IMG/VR virus record: IMGVR_UViG_3300020044_007482
Location: 1 to 33,757 of that record
Reading direction: 5' to 3' (one strand)
Source: a virus
Lineage: Duplodnaviria; Caudoviricetes
DNA: 33,757 bases
Numbering within the stretch: the first letter of the stretch is position 1; the number at the start of each line of letters is the position of its first letter. Under the pieces are notes generated by a model. It was not told the DNA's origin. It searched no databases and saw nothing but the letters and a program-made list of their open reading frames with translations. The translations under genes were made by a program, and so were the position numbers. Shown here in pieces: positions 18,946 to 27,863 of this stretch.

Positions 18946-19197
18946 TTATTTCATTTTAGCTGTTTTAGTTCTAGCAAAACTCCTATTGGTACTCTTGCTA
19001 ACAACTCTAGTATTGCTTTTGTGGTTACTCCCACCTTTGATTAATGGCTTCTTGTGGTCAACATCTTTGCCATCACCTTTTGACACCCTACCATCTTTCA
19101 TGGCTTCAGCTCTCGCGGCATTTCTTTTAGCTCTATTGATTTTCTGTTTAGGTTTAGAATGATAGTTGTCATACTCTTTTTTATAATCTCTTGCCAT
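18946..19197 (-). CDS. Small HNH endonuclease
   Basis: DGKDVDHKKPL..GGSN...N.RVVS...NR motif; alternative duplicated in-frame start at 19239. Confidence 0.88.
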   Translation of the reverse strand: MARDYKKEYDNYHSKPKQKINRAKRNAARAEAMKDGRVSKGDGKDVDHKKPLIKGGSNHKSNTRVVSKSTNRSFARTKTAKMK

Positions 19198-19222
19198 TTT
19201 ACATCTTTCATAAATATTATTT

Positions 19223-19342
19223 TTATAATCTCTTGCCATTTTGCAAATCTTTTAACGTTAATCCTCCAGTGTATTGTAAGTGTAACCACTCTTTAAATGT
19301 CTTCCAATCACCAGCCCAATCCAGTCCATATTTTTTACCTAA
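19223..19342 (-). pseudogene. C-terminal relic of an M15 (L-Ala-D-Glu peptidase) endolysin
   Basis: Start-less frame LGKKYGLDWAGDWKTFKEWLHLQYTGGLTLKDLQNGKRL*, matching the GLxWxGDWxxFxD/ExxHxQ motif; preceded by in-frame TAG. Confidence 0.8.
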
Positions 19343-19394
19343 CTAAGCGCGACCATGTCGTTGAATCTAACGAGATGGTTATATTTAATCAAAT

Positions 19395-19850
19395 TTAAAC
19401 CACTTTATTAAACATTTCACACTCTGCTTTTCTGCGAGAATCTAACAACCCTTTATTTCTAATAGATTTTATGCCAATTATAATATTTGGTATATCGCCA
19501 TTAATAATAGCTTTTTTAGTATTTACATACTTATCAAATCTACTACCTACGCCAGTGTTATATAAAAATGAATATAACGCTATAAGTTGATTAGAGTTTG
19601 GTTGCCATTTTAAATTATTTTGCATCCATTTTTGTAAATGTTTTAAATAATTATTAGCATACTGAATAGCTTCTAATTTAGTTATGCAAGGGGTATTCAT
19701 CGTCACTTTTTCACCGTTTGGTAAGCACGTTGTACCTATTCCAATTGTTGGGACTCCTACACTATCAAGGTATGGTGCTGACCTAAAGCCTTCTTTTGCG
19801 CATAAAAAATTAAACCCGTCTTGAGTTATGAATGGTATTTCAATCTTCAT
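19395..19850 (-). CDS. Endolysin, GH24 lysozyme
   Basis: E-x8-D-x5-T triad in EGFRSAPYLDSVGVPTIGIG; SFLYNTG; GL..RR..E. Confidence 0.93.
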   Translation of the reverse strand: MKIEIPFITQDGFNFLCAKEGFRSAPYLDSVGVPTIGIGTTCLPNGEKVTMNTPCITKLEAIQYANNYLKHLQKWMQNNLKWQPNSNQLIALYSFLYNTGVGSRFDKYVNTKKAIINGDIPNIIIGIKSIRNKGLLDSRRKAECEMFNKVV

Positions 19851-19881
19851 TATTTGTTAATCCCTTAAAAATATTAACACT

Positions 19882-19890
19882 ATTATACCA
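19882..19890 (-). promoter_or_regulatory. Extended -10 promoter (TGgTATAAT) upstream of lysozyme
   Basis: Perfect TGnTATAAT 32 nt before the start; SD AAGGGA follows. Confidence 0.55.
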
Positions 19891-19950
19891 TTGGTATTAT
19901 TGATTCAACGACATAAAAGTGTTAATTGTTAAAATTGTGTTTGATAAATG

Positions 19951-20505
19951 TTAGAAGTCAAAACCAATGCTTACTTTAAAAATCGGCATTAGCATTGACT
20001 TATTATTTTGTTGATTATAATTGTAATTTTCTCTATCTATTTGTGCAATAATTTTCTCATCTTTTTTATAATTAACTTGCATAACTCCCACGTCTGTATT
20101 GATATACCAACCTTTGTAGATGTCAGTTTTATAATTAACCCCAGCATATGGAAAAAATCCGTTAACTTGATAATTTTCTAAAACCGACCCATTCGCATTC
20201 TGTTCTGATATATTAAATTTTTCATTATCATTTGCAAACCCTCTTAAATAGTAAACTCCTCCATTTACTGATAAACCTTTCCACAGATTATACCCTAACA
20301 ATACTCCATAGGATTGAATATTAGCATCAATATCTAGGTTATTAAATTGAAATGTGTTGGCGTTGAGTTTAATACTAAAATCTGATTGTTGAATCGGCAA
20401 AGTAATTCCAATCCCAAGCCCAGTAACCCCAACGCTTGTCTCAATTCCAAACGCGTGGCATAAAGTTGCAGTTCCAATTAATGTAGTTAGTAGTAGTTTT
20501 TTCAT
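19951..20505 (-). CDS. Outer-membrane beta-barrel protein
   Basis: Signal peptide MKKLLL...CHA; alternating amphipathic strands; PYAGVNY; terminal VSIGFDF Bam signal; SD GGAGG. Confidence 0.85.
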   Translation of the reverse strand: MKKLLLTTLIGTATLCHAFGIETSVGVTGLGIGITLPIQQSDFSIKLNANTFQFNNLDIDANIQSYGVLLGYNLWKGLSVNGGVYYLRGFANDNEKFNISEQNANGSVLENYQVNGFFPYAGVNYKTDIYKGWYINTDVGVMQVNYKKDEKIIAQIDRENYNYNQQNNKSMLMPIFKVSIGFDF

Positions 20506-20793
20506 TTATTTACCCTCCATATTTTGGTTAGTTTTTATTATTATTTGTTGTAAATGATACAATGTTATACTAAGTTTTTTATACTTAATATTATTCTCCA
20601 TCATTACTTTTGCAATATCACGTAATGAGCCGTCAGTTAGTAAAGATTGCTCCTCAGTTGGTTGCATAAATTCAGCTGGAACATCTAAAGGCTGTGGCAC
20701 ATTTATAGGTATAATTGTGGCACACCCTTGCAATAAACTTAGCGTTGATAATAATGCTATAATAAGTAAATTATCAATTAGTTTTCGCATCAT
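20506..20793 (-). CDS. o-spanin (Rz1-like lipoprotein)
   Basis: Lipobox LQG-C followed by a Pro-rich segment; ATGA overlap with i-spanin. Confidence 0.8.
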   Translation of the reverse strand: MMRKLIDNLLIIALLSTLSLLQGCATIIPINVPQPLDVPAEFMQPTEEQSLLTDGSLRDIAKVMMENNIKYKKLSITLYHLQQIIIKTNQNMEGK

Positions 20794-21113
20794 TTACTCC
20801 TTAAATTATTATTAATTTCTATTACAGCTTGACTCTCTAACTTACAAACGGTATTAATTGGTATATATTTATATACAATTTGTAAATTACTTATAGAGCT
20901 TTCAACTTTTTTTATTTCACGGATGCGGGATTCAGATTCTTTATATTTTATCTCGTTGTTTTTTTTATCAATTTCCTTAGCCTTAGCCATCAGCTTGCTA
21001 GTTTCTATAAATAATTCTGTTTTTGCGTCATACTTCCCAGCCTCATAAGCAGAAAATAAAAGCAAAGATAATGCCCCGACTCCAGCAATTACTCCTAATG
21101 TTAAATCATTCAT
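20790..21113 (-). CDS. i-spanin (Rz-like)
   Basis: N-terminal TM, coiled coil, C-terminal Cys; adjacent to the lipoprotein gene. Confidence 0.75.
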   Translation of the reverse strand: MNDLTLGVIAGVGALSLLLFSAYEAGKYDAKTELFIETSKLMAKAKEIDKKNNEIKYKESESRIREIKKVESSISNLQIVYKYIPINTVCKLESQAVIEINNNLRSK

Positions 21114-21133
21114 TTTTTATCCACCCACTTAAT

Positions 21134-21550
21134 TCATTTATAAAAAAAATTTAATTTACTTCTTAAACGGTCGTTTAATTCAGATTTTTGCTCAGAAGAA
21201 TACTCCTGATTAAATACAGTTTTAATAATATATAATTTTTGTTCTAAGGTTATAATAGGCATATTCCCATAAAGTACTCCTGATTTAGGCGCACATTCTA
21301 CTACTAATTTATATAAATTGTCAAAGAACTTATTATCCTCATCATTAAAAAAATTCCAAATTAACCAATAAAGTGGAAGCAGCATCTTCTCCGACATCGG
21401 GTTAAAGGTTTCGCAATAATCTTTAAAAAATTCCATCAAAGGGGTATAACCTGTTCTTTTTATATTTTGCAATATAACTCTTTTTTCCCAACAATCAAAT
21501 TTGTTTTGTAAAATGGCATCATAATTTAATCCTTTAGTTATTCTATCCAT
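21134..21550 (-). CDS. Hypothetical protein
   Basis: 138-aa ORF coupled to upstream gene. Confidence 0.7.
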   Translation of the reverse strand: MDRITKGLNYDAILQNKFDCWEKRVILQNIKRTGYTPLMEFFKDYCETFNPMSEKMLLPLYWLIWNFFNDEDNKFFDNLYKLVVECAPKSGVLYGNMPIITLEQKLYIIKTVFNQEYSSEQKSELNDRLRSKLNFFYK

Positions 21551-21765
21551 ATAAAAAACTCCTGGTTTAAAGTATACTCAAGCTCTCTACTTTTTTCGTT
21601 TACTTTACTAATTATTAAATTATGAAATATACCCAATGTTCCTTTTGGTATTTTACTAATGGTTTTGTTTCCTTTAAAAATTTTTAAAGTTTTTTTAAAA
21701 TCACTTACATTTATTGGTTTCATGTCGTAGATTAGCTTTAAACCTTTCTCTGTTGGTGCATACAT
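21538..21765 (-). CDS. Hypothetical protein
   Basis: 75-aa ORF tiling the operon. Confidence 0.65.
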   Translation of the reverse strand: MYAPTEKGLKLIYDMKPINVSDFKKTLKIFKGNKTISKIPKGTLGIFHNLIISKVNEKSRELEYTLNQEFFIWIE

Positions 21766-21766
21766 A

Positions 21767-22126
21767 TTATAATTTTCCTTTTAAATATTTCTCTATAACA
21801 ACTTGCGCTTCTCCAGCTCCTACGCATACGCAAGCATAGTTGCCGTACTTATTTAATAACTCTATAAAATAAAGCTGTTCCTTAGTTGCTTTTTTACCAA
21901 AATCTTTCATTTCGATATATAAAGCCCCATATTTACCGTTAGGCACTGGCAAAACTATATCTGGTAATCCAACTTTTAGCCCAGAATATTTAGCTATTTC
22001 AATATGTTTACCATTAGAGTGTATCCCATTACCAGTAGCGTACATAAGCTCTAACCACTCTTTATTTACCCCCTTGTATTTAAGCTTAGCCCAATTAAAA
22101 ACCGCTATCTGCTGGTCTCTCTCCAT
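21767..22126 (-). CDS. VRR-NUC domain nuclease
   Basis: GLKVGLPDI, LYIEMK, EQ..F...L..YG motifs; likely ATG at 22126. Confidence 0.9.
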   Translation of the reverse strand: MERDQQIAVFNWAKLKYKGVNKEWLELMYATGNGIHSNGKHIEIAKYSGLKVGLPDIVLPVPNGKYGALYIEMKDFGKKATKEQLYFIELLNKYGNYACVCVGAGEAQVVIEKYLKGKL

Positions 22127-23738
22127 AATATCTTGCCCCTTCTTTTTTAATAAATTTAATACATTCCGCAAATAACTGCGGTGCTGAATTTTTGTATATT
22201 TGAAATGTATTAACGTTAAAATTTAAACCAAGTCCCATCTCTTCCCATTTTTTTTTGCTCAATTGTAATGCGTAAAAAACTGGGTTTTTATAAACTTTTC
22301 CCTCCTCCTCAACCCTGTATTTAATTGTTGATGCAAACATTGAATAAACTTCCTCCATTTGAGTTAAAGAGTTTATGTCTTTATAATTTGGCAAGAAAAC
22401 CTTTTTCATCTCTACAATTTTTGTACTTATTATAGCGATACTCTCTCTAAGTTTTTTATCCGATTCCTCAATTTGCTTTTTACAATTAATGCATTTACTT
22501 AGCAAATAAGTAGTCATAGAGTTACAATGAGGGCATTCTATACTAAAATCCATTAAACATTTTTTACATGATAGTTCTTTAGCATCATTAACGTATTGGC
22601 ATGAAATGCAAGGTTTATCTTTAACCGAAAAATCTTTACAAGAATTACATATCGTTGGGGGTTTAGTATCATACTCAGCTTTGCATCTTTCGCATTTATG
22701 GACTTTAAAGTCTTTATCTATTAATGCAGTGCAACCATGCTCACAATGTATAGCATATCTTGATAAGAACTTACTGCAATTACCCACATAATCATAAACA
22801 GTAGCAACTGAATCTACTCCATTTATCCTTACAATTCTGCCAATCACTTGTATAAAACCGTCTAGCCCATCTTTAATTGACCTAGGCCTACAGTCAAATA
22901 AGTACTTTGCTATTGGTGCATCAAACCCTTTTGATATTGCTTCAACCGATATTATAACTTTTACTGCTCCGCTTTTGAAGTTTTTTAATATATTTTTACG
23001 TTCTTTATTGTTTACCTCAGTGTCAGACACATAAATATCGGAAGGTATTCCATTTTCTCTAAAATCCGCCAATACATTTCTTGCAGATTCTATACTTGGT
23101 GCAGTTATTATGCATGACTTGTTATTGCAGTTATTTAAATAATCCTCAACTAAATTTGCACTAATGTTTTTTATTCTTTTATTTAATTCTCCCATACTTT
23201 TATTACTTACATTGCCGGTTGATGTAAAATCTAAATCATCAGAGCGGATACTTTGTGTTGAATAAAATTCAACGGGGGTCAAGTATTTATCTTTTACCAT
23301 TTCATTGTATGTGGATATTGTGTATATTTTTTCATAATATAACATTAATTTGCGCTTTGTTGCCGTTGCAGTGAAGCCAATTAGTTTTATATTATTTGTT
23401 TTTATATAAGACAATATCTTAATAAACATTGCGTGGCATTCATCAATTATTATAACTTCATAATTGTTTAATTTATTTAAATCTTTAGTTATTTTTTGAG
23501 ATGTTACAACATCATAAAATAAACCAAACATTATTTGCTCTTCAATCAACTGGTCTATTACGCTAATCCTATCAGTTATCAGCAATACATTAACGTAATG
23601 CTTAGCTACCATTTGAATTAATTTATTTTTACCGCTTCCAGTTGCCGCACTTATTATAAACCTTCTTTCTGGTGCATTAATACAAATATCTAACCCAGTA
23701 ACTTGACATGGTCTAGGAGTAAAGCCGTTGCTTGACAT
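22095..23738 (-). CDS. SF2 DExH helicase with multiple zinc ribbons (RadD/YejH-like)
   Basis: ATGSGK, DECH, TAT, KGFDAP, QVIGRIVR motifs; many C-terminal CxxC pairs. Confidence 0.92.
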   Translation of the reverse strand: MSSNGFTPRPCQVTGLDICINAPERRFIISAATGSGKNKLIQMVAKHYVNVLLITDRISVIDQLIEEQIMFGLFYDVVTSQKITKDLNKLNNYEVIIIDECHAMFIKILSYIKTNNIKLIGFTATATKRKLMLYYEKIYTISTYNEMVKDKYLTPVEFYSTQSIRSDDLDFTSTGNVSNKSMGELNKRIKNISANLVEDYLNNCNNKSCIITAPSIESARNVLADFRENGIPSDIYVSDTEVNNKERKNILKNFKSGAVKVIISVEAISKGFDAPIAKYLFDCRPRSIKDGLDGFIQVIGRIVRINGVDSVATVYDYVGNCSKFLSRYAIHCEHGCTALIDKDFKVHKCERCKAEYDTKPPTICNSCKDFSVKDKPCISCQYVNDAKELSCKKCLMDFSIECPHCNSMTTYLLSKCINCKKQIEESDKKLRESIAIISTKIVEMKKVFLPNYKDINSLTQMEEVYSMFASTIKYRVEEEGKVYKNPVFYALQLSKKKWEEMGLGLNFNVNTFQIYKNSAPQLFAECIKFIKKEGARYYGERPADSGF

Positions 23739-24466
23739 TTTCCAACCCTTATAAAAACATCGTTAAAATCTTCCCCCTTATTTCCAATTATAACGCTTAA
23801 CAATGAATTGGATAAATCAGTGCCAACTGGGTCATTATCACATACCACAATTGGGCGACACCCAAACTTAGACAGCTTGTTATAAACGTTAAGAATATTA
23901 CTAGCACTAAAAGACACGTATGTATCATATTTTGAACATTGATAAACGGCATTCCCTGTAGCGTAACCCTCTGTAATAAATACAGTTTTTGAATCTGAGT
24001 TATTAGATAATAAATGAAATAAACCCTTTGTTGGTCTACCTTTTGCAAATAGCTTACCCCCATCTTTATTAATGGACTGATAAGACATTACATTGCCGTC
24101 AAAGTCAAACATTGGTATAATAAGATTGTCATAATTAATCATTAAATTATCAGTTAATACGCATTTTTTTCTTTCTAAATAATCATGCCCATTGCATTTC
24201 ATAAATTTTAAAACAAGTGGGGGTAAAGTTTTCTCCTCTATTTTTTTATAAATTATTTTTTTATTAACCCTCAATCCGTAATCACTAATAGCACCACGCT
24301 CTCCCGTTCTCCAGTTTTTCCATAAAATAAAACCTTCATCTGTTATGAAGTAACTACCCTTTTTTTTACTTGGTTTATCTATGGTTGAGCAAGATAGCCA
24401 TGTGTTTTTTTTGTAATCACCGTTGAATATTAACCCAACTTTAATTAATAAGCTTTCATAATTCAT
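23690..24466 (-). CDS. TOPRIM-domain primase
   Basis: LIIPM, YQSI..DGGK, TEGYATG, DND, DFND motifs. Confidence 0.9.
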   Translation of the reverse strand: MNYESLLIKVGLIFNGDYKKNTWLSCSTIDKPSKKKGSYFITDEGFILWKNWRTGERGAISDYGLRVNKKIIYKKIEEKTLPPLVLKFMKCNGHDYLERKKCVLTDNLMINYDNLIIPMFDFDGNVMSYQSINKDGGKLFAKGRPTKGLFHLLSNNSDSKTVFITEGYATGNAVYQCSKYDTYVSFSASNILNVYNKLSKFGCRPIVVCDNDPVGTDLSNSLLSVIIGNKGEDFNDVFIRVGKCQATALLLDHVKLLG

Positions 24467-25263
24467 TAAAGCATAACCCTCGTAAAGTAGTGTTTGTCCT
24501 CAACATTTAAATAATACTCTTTACTTCCTCTGTTTACTCTAGATAAAAAATTAAAATCTTCATCTAGTCTTTTATAAAATTTTTGCTTAGACGGTACAAA
24601 TCTTTTTATACCACTAACAGCGCAATAGTGACAGAATTTCTCATAAAGAACTTGTCCATTAACTGATTCTAAATTAAACGTGTCGCTTTTTGTTATTCCT
24701 TTTTCTAAAAGCCACAAAGACACAGTGTCTGATTCATTTTTATAATTACCCACATACTTTTCTGACTTCTCGCATTTAGAAAATCTTTTATTTATAAGCA
24801 ATCTTTGTAGCCCCTGAATCAACCAATTTAGCACCCCTGGTAGTTCATTTTTTATAACTCTGTCAGCTATTCCCATGTCAATATCTTTACCCGTAAACTG
24901 TACTTCAAACGGTATAACTATAAGCCTTCTAAAAAATGCATCTGTAAACTCAGTATGCGATGGCATAGAGTTAGCATTAAAGATAAGTTTAGGCTCCCAA
25001 TCTTGCGTAAATATATTTTGTCTCATTGACTTAAACGTAACGCTTTCACCGCTTATCATAGCTTTAAGTACTCCATGTTCTATTTTACCCCCTCGCTCAG
25101 TATCTGAACAAAAATTTATAAAACAATCTTTAGCCGACATTCTCGCATTGCTATTTGTTGTTAATTCAGACAACTGCAAGGAGGATACGTTTATTTTTCC
25201 AAAAACTGCGTTAATAATTTCGTATATAACACTTTTACCGTTTGAACCCCGCCCAATTAAAAA
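24466..25263 (-). pseudogene. D5/P4-family SF3 helicase, C-terminal part lacking its own start
   Basis: Walker A GRGSNGKS inside the repeat, LIFNAN, AFFRRLIVIPF, winged-helix C-terminus. Confidence 0.85.
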
Positions 25264-25750
25264 ACAAAGATATATTTAATAGGTCTTTTATTGAAGAAGT
25301 TTTAAATGGTGTAGGTAGCCCTGTATCAACGAGAAAAATAAAAGACATAAAAGACCTTGAAGAAAAATTTAAAGGGATAGAAATGATGGAAGATAAAACA
25401 ATTGATAATTATATAAATTTAAACAATGGAACTATTTTATTTAATAATGATGGGAATTTTAGTCTTATACCGCATAGCCCTAAAAACCATATATTTTATT
25501 GCTTAGACTATAACTATGAGCGTAACGCTACTTGTGAGGATTTTTTAAAATTTTTAAGGTCTTCTATACCCGACCAAGAGTCTAGGAGAGTATTGCAAGA
25601 GTATTTAGGGTGGTGTTTATTAAAATCAAATAGTAAAAGCACAAAGTTTGAAAAAGCTTTATTTTTAATTGGGCGGGGTTCAAACGGTAAAAGTGTTATA
25701 TACGAAATTATTAACGCAGTTTTTGGAAAAATAAACGTATCCTCCTTGCA
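25175..25750. repeat. Perfect 89-bp inverted repeat (25175-25263 / 25662-25750) around a 398-bp inverted segment
   Basis: Base-by-base reverse complement; both copies encode FLIGRGSNGKS...VSSL. Confidence 0.95.
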
Positions 25751-25754
25751 ATAA
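25242..25754 (+). pseudogene. Inverted N-terminal/middle part of the D5/P4-family helicase
   Basis: INLNNG, PHSP, LQEYLGW, EKALFLIGRGSNGKS; ends SSLQ, exactly where the - strand fragment continues. Confidence 0.85.
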
Positions 25755-25807
25755 TTGGGGTAATCGATTGTCTTATTTACTTTTAACATCATTACCCACC
25801 AAAAAAA

Positions 25808-26683
25808 TTAAAATTCTACATTTATCTTATGAACGCATTCGAATGGTAGCATACCAATAATGTTATCTGCTTGATATTTTGTTAAACCTTTTATAATTAA
25901 TTCATAAGTAATTGTGTCGTTAACTTCTTCATTGCTTTTTATTTCAACCTCTTTATTAATAATTGGTTTATTTAATTCAGCTTTTTTATTAATAAAATAT
26001 GATAGTATTTCACTGTTTTTCATATTGTTAAATGTTGATAAACTAAAATTAAATCCATACTGCGTATTCAAATCAAATATAAGCTCATGCTTTTCTTTTA
26101 TAGCCTGCTCGATTCGCTCTGCTTCATGTTTAGCTTTTTGTTCTTCAAACGATTGCGCACTATAGAGTACGTCCATTTGCTCGGTTAATGACAACTCTAT
26201 TTCTTGCATTGTAGTTGTTTTATTTAAGTATGAATCTTTAAGTATGATTTTATTAGCGTACTCAGTCTTAAGATTGTACTTGTTTGATAATAAATCAATT
26301 AAAGCAGATATATCAATCATCTTCTTGCTTTTTCTTTCATCTTCATAAACTTGCAATTGCTTTTTTAGTTCTTTTACTGTGTTTGATAAAATAGTAGTTG
26401 CTACATTTATTTTTGATTCAAAAATTATTAATGGTTTTGAATAGTCATTTTTAATATTTATACGTTTATCATTAATCTTTTTTATAACTTTATTAATTCC
26501 AGCAACTTCAGAAGATATGTCTTTTACCATGTCCTCAGTTACTATTAAACTTTCATATTTTTTAACTAACTCTTTAGCTAAAGTAACAATCTTAGTATTA
26601 TCAAAATCAATCAAAGACTCTTGATAATTCACAATTATATCTAAATTCTCTATTGTTTGTAATTCCATTTGTTTATTTTCCAA
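25808..26683 (-). CDS. DUF1351-like coiled-coil protein
   Basis: YESLIVTED..KD....A.INK..K.I...R..IK..Y..P...FE pattern; SD AGGAG before TTG. Confidence 0.75.
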   Translation of the reverse strand: MENKQMELQTIENLDIIVNYQESLIDFDNTKIVTLAKELVKKYESLIVTEDMVKDISSEVAGINKVIKKINDKRINIKNDYSKPLIIFESKINVATTILSNTVKELKKQLQVYEDERKSKKMIDISALIDLLSNKYNLKTEYANKIILKDSYLNKTTTMQEIELSLTEQMDVLYSAQSFEEQKAKHEAERIEQAIKEKHELIFDLNTQYGFNFSLSTFNNMKNSEILSYFINKKAELNKPIINKEVEIKSNEEVNDTITYELIIKGLTKYQADNIIGMLPFECVHKINVEF

Positions 26684-27340
26684 AATTTACTCCTTAAAAT
26701 TATTAATATTTATTTTGATAATAAGTTATAATGTCAATATTTCCACAATAAAGTCCAACCCCAATTATCAATCTTCCAGAGCATGCTCCTTGTTTGTCTA
26801 CATAAACATTTACTTCGTCGTCCATTACATATTCACCACCTTTATATCCTATCAAATTTGTATTGCGCACGTCTAATAATTTATTATATAAAAATTTAGA
26901 CGTTATATCTTTATTTCCACTTTTACTTTCAAAAGAAAAATCAATAGCTAAATCACTATAATCCCCTCTGTAAGACATAAATTCAATATTTGTACATGCA
27001 ATATAATCCCCATCTAGAATTACACATTTATTTTCATTTTTAAATGGTTCTAACAACCTAATTAAATCACCTAATTTCATATTTTATCCCTTCCAAGCAT
27101 ATTTAGCATCTTTGGCCGCATCATAAGCATCTTTAGCAACAGCACTAGCCTTCTTCCAAGAATTATAAGCAACTTTAGCAGTAGCATTAGCGGCCAAATA
27201 ATCATCATAAGCATTACAACAAGCGTCCCAAGCATCTTTAGCAACAGCACAAGCGGCAGCATGAGCATCACAATAAGCAGCATAAGCATCTTTAGCATCA
27301 AGAGTCGTTTCATGTTTCATTTGTTTATTTTCCAAAATTT
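26666..27340. repeat. 23-bp direct repeat (26666-26688, 27318-27340)
   Basis: CATTTGTTTATTTTCCAAAATTT occurs twice. Confidence 0.9.
26703..27080 (-). CDS. Hypothetical phage protein
   Basis: 125 aa with SYRGDYSDLA and GYKGG motifs; SD AAGGGA. Confidence 0.8.
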   Translation of the reverse strand: MKLGDLIRLLEPFKNENKCVILDGDYIACTNIEFMSYRGDYSDLAIDFSFESKSGNKDITSKFLYNKLLDVRNTNLIGYKGGEYVMDDEVNVYVDKQGACSGRLIIGVGLYCGNIDIITYYQNKY

Positions 27341-27863
27341 GTATTAATTTATCTATTTGCAAATTAGATTGTTTTGTTTTGACATAATCAACATCGTAAT
27401 CAACATCGTAATCAACAGCATTAGCCACATTAGCAACAGCATTAGCAGTAACAGTGGCCGAAAAACAATCATCTTGAACAACAGCAATAATAACTTGATA
27501 AGCAGCATTAGCAACATAACAATTACCAAAATAATTAATATCTAAACTAGCTGTATAAACTATATTAGCATTATCAGCAGCCACTTTTAATTCTTCAATA
27601 GTTGCTTTACCATCGATATATAATTTTAGAATATCAACTGCTGTAATGCTACGTTCATCTTGCATGAGATGCCTAACCTCATTCACACACCACCATGTGT
27701 AATAGTTACGAGCATCTTTATCTAAAAATTTGCATGCAACCCAGTTAATATCTTGTAAGTCTTTTACTTTATGCCTATATTCTTTTACAAAATTAAGCAA
27801 TGTATCCGAGTAATCCGTAGGCATTCCAATTATTTTAACAGCATCGTATGTTATATTTTTCAT
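27084..27863 (-). CDS. Hypothetical protein with Imm5-like helical domain and Ala/Asp/Tyr-rich repeats
   Basis: DERSITAV.....YIDGKATIEEL motif followed by low-complexity repeats. Confidence 0.7.
   Translation of the reverse strand: MKNITYDAVKIIGMPTDYSDTLLNFVKEYRHKVKDLQDINWVACKFLDKDARNYYTWWCVNEVRHLMQDERSITAVDILKLYIDGKATIEELKVAADNANIVYTASLDINYFGNCYVANAAYQVIIAVVQDDCFSATVTANAVANVANAVDYDVDYDVDYVKTKQSNLQIDKLIQILENKQMKHETTLDAKDAYAAYCDAHAAACAVAKDAWDACCNAYDDYLAANATAKVAYNSWKKASAVAKDAYDAAKDAKYAWKG

Larger units (their letters stand above)
19352..19914. repeat. 13-bp inverted repeats flanking the lysozyme gene
   Basis: ATGTCGTTGAATC (19355-19367) and GATTCAACGACAT (19902-19914); left copy lies within palindrome ACCATGTCGTT-GAATCT-AACGAGATGGT. 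Confidence 0.75.

Noticed and set aside
24875-25279. + strand 134-aa ORF and the - strand 25514-25792 ORF sharing CKEDTFIFPK...
   Set aside because: The shared peptide is the antisense reading of the 89-bp repeat; only the first 14 codons of the 25792 ORF may be the real helicase start
27077-27313. 78-aa Leu/Met-rich ORF
   Set aside because: Alternative-frame shadow of the GCT/GAT-rich repeat in 27084-27863
27385-27417. 12-bp tandem repeat (VDYD) as a phase-variation tract; likewise the 15-bp ERF repeat
   Set aside because: Unit lengths are multiples of three in low-complexity linkers, so copy changes keep the frame
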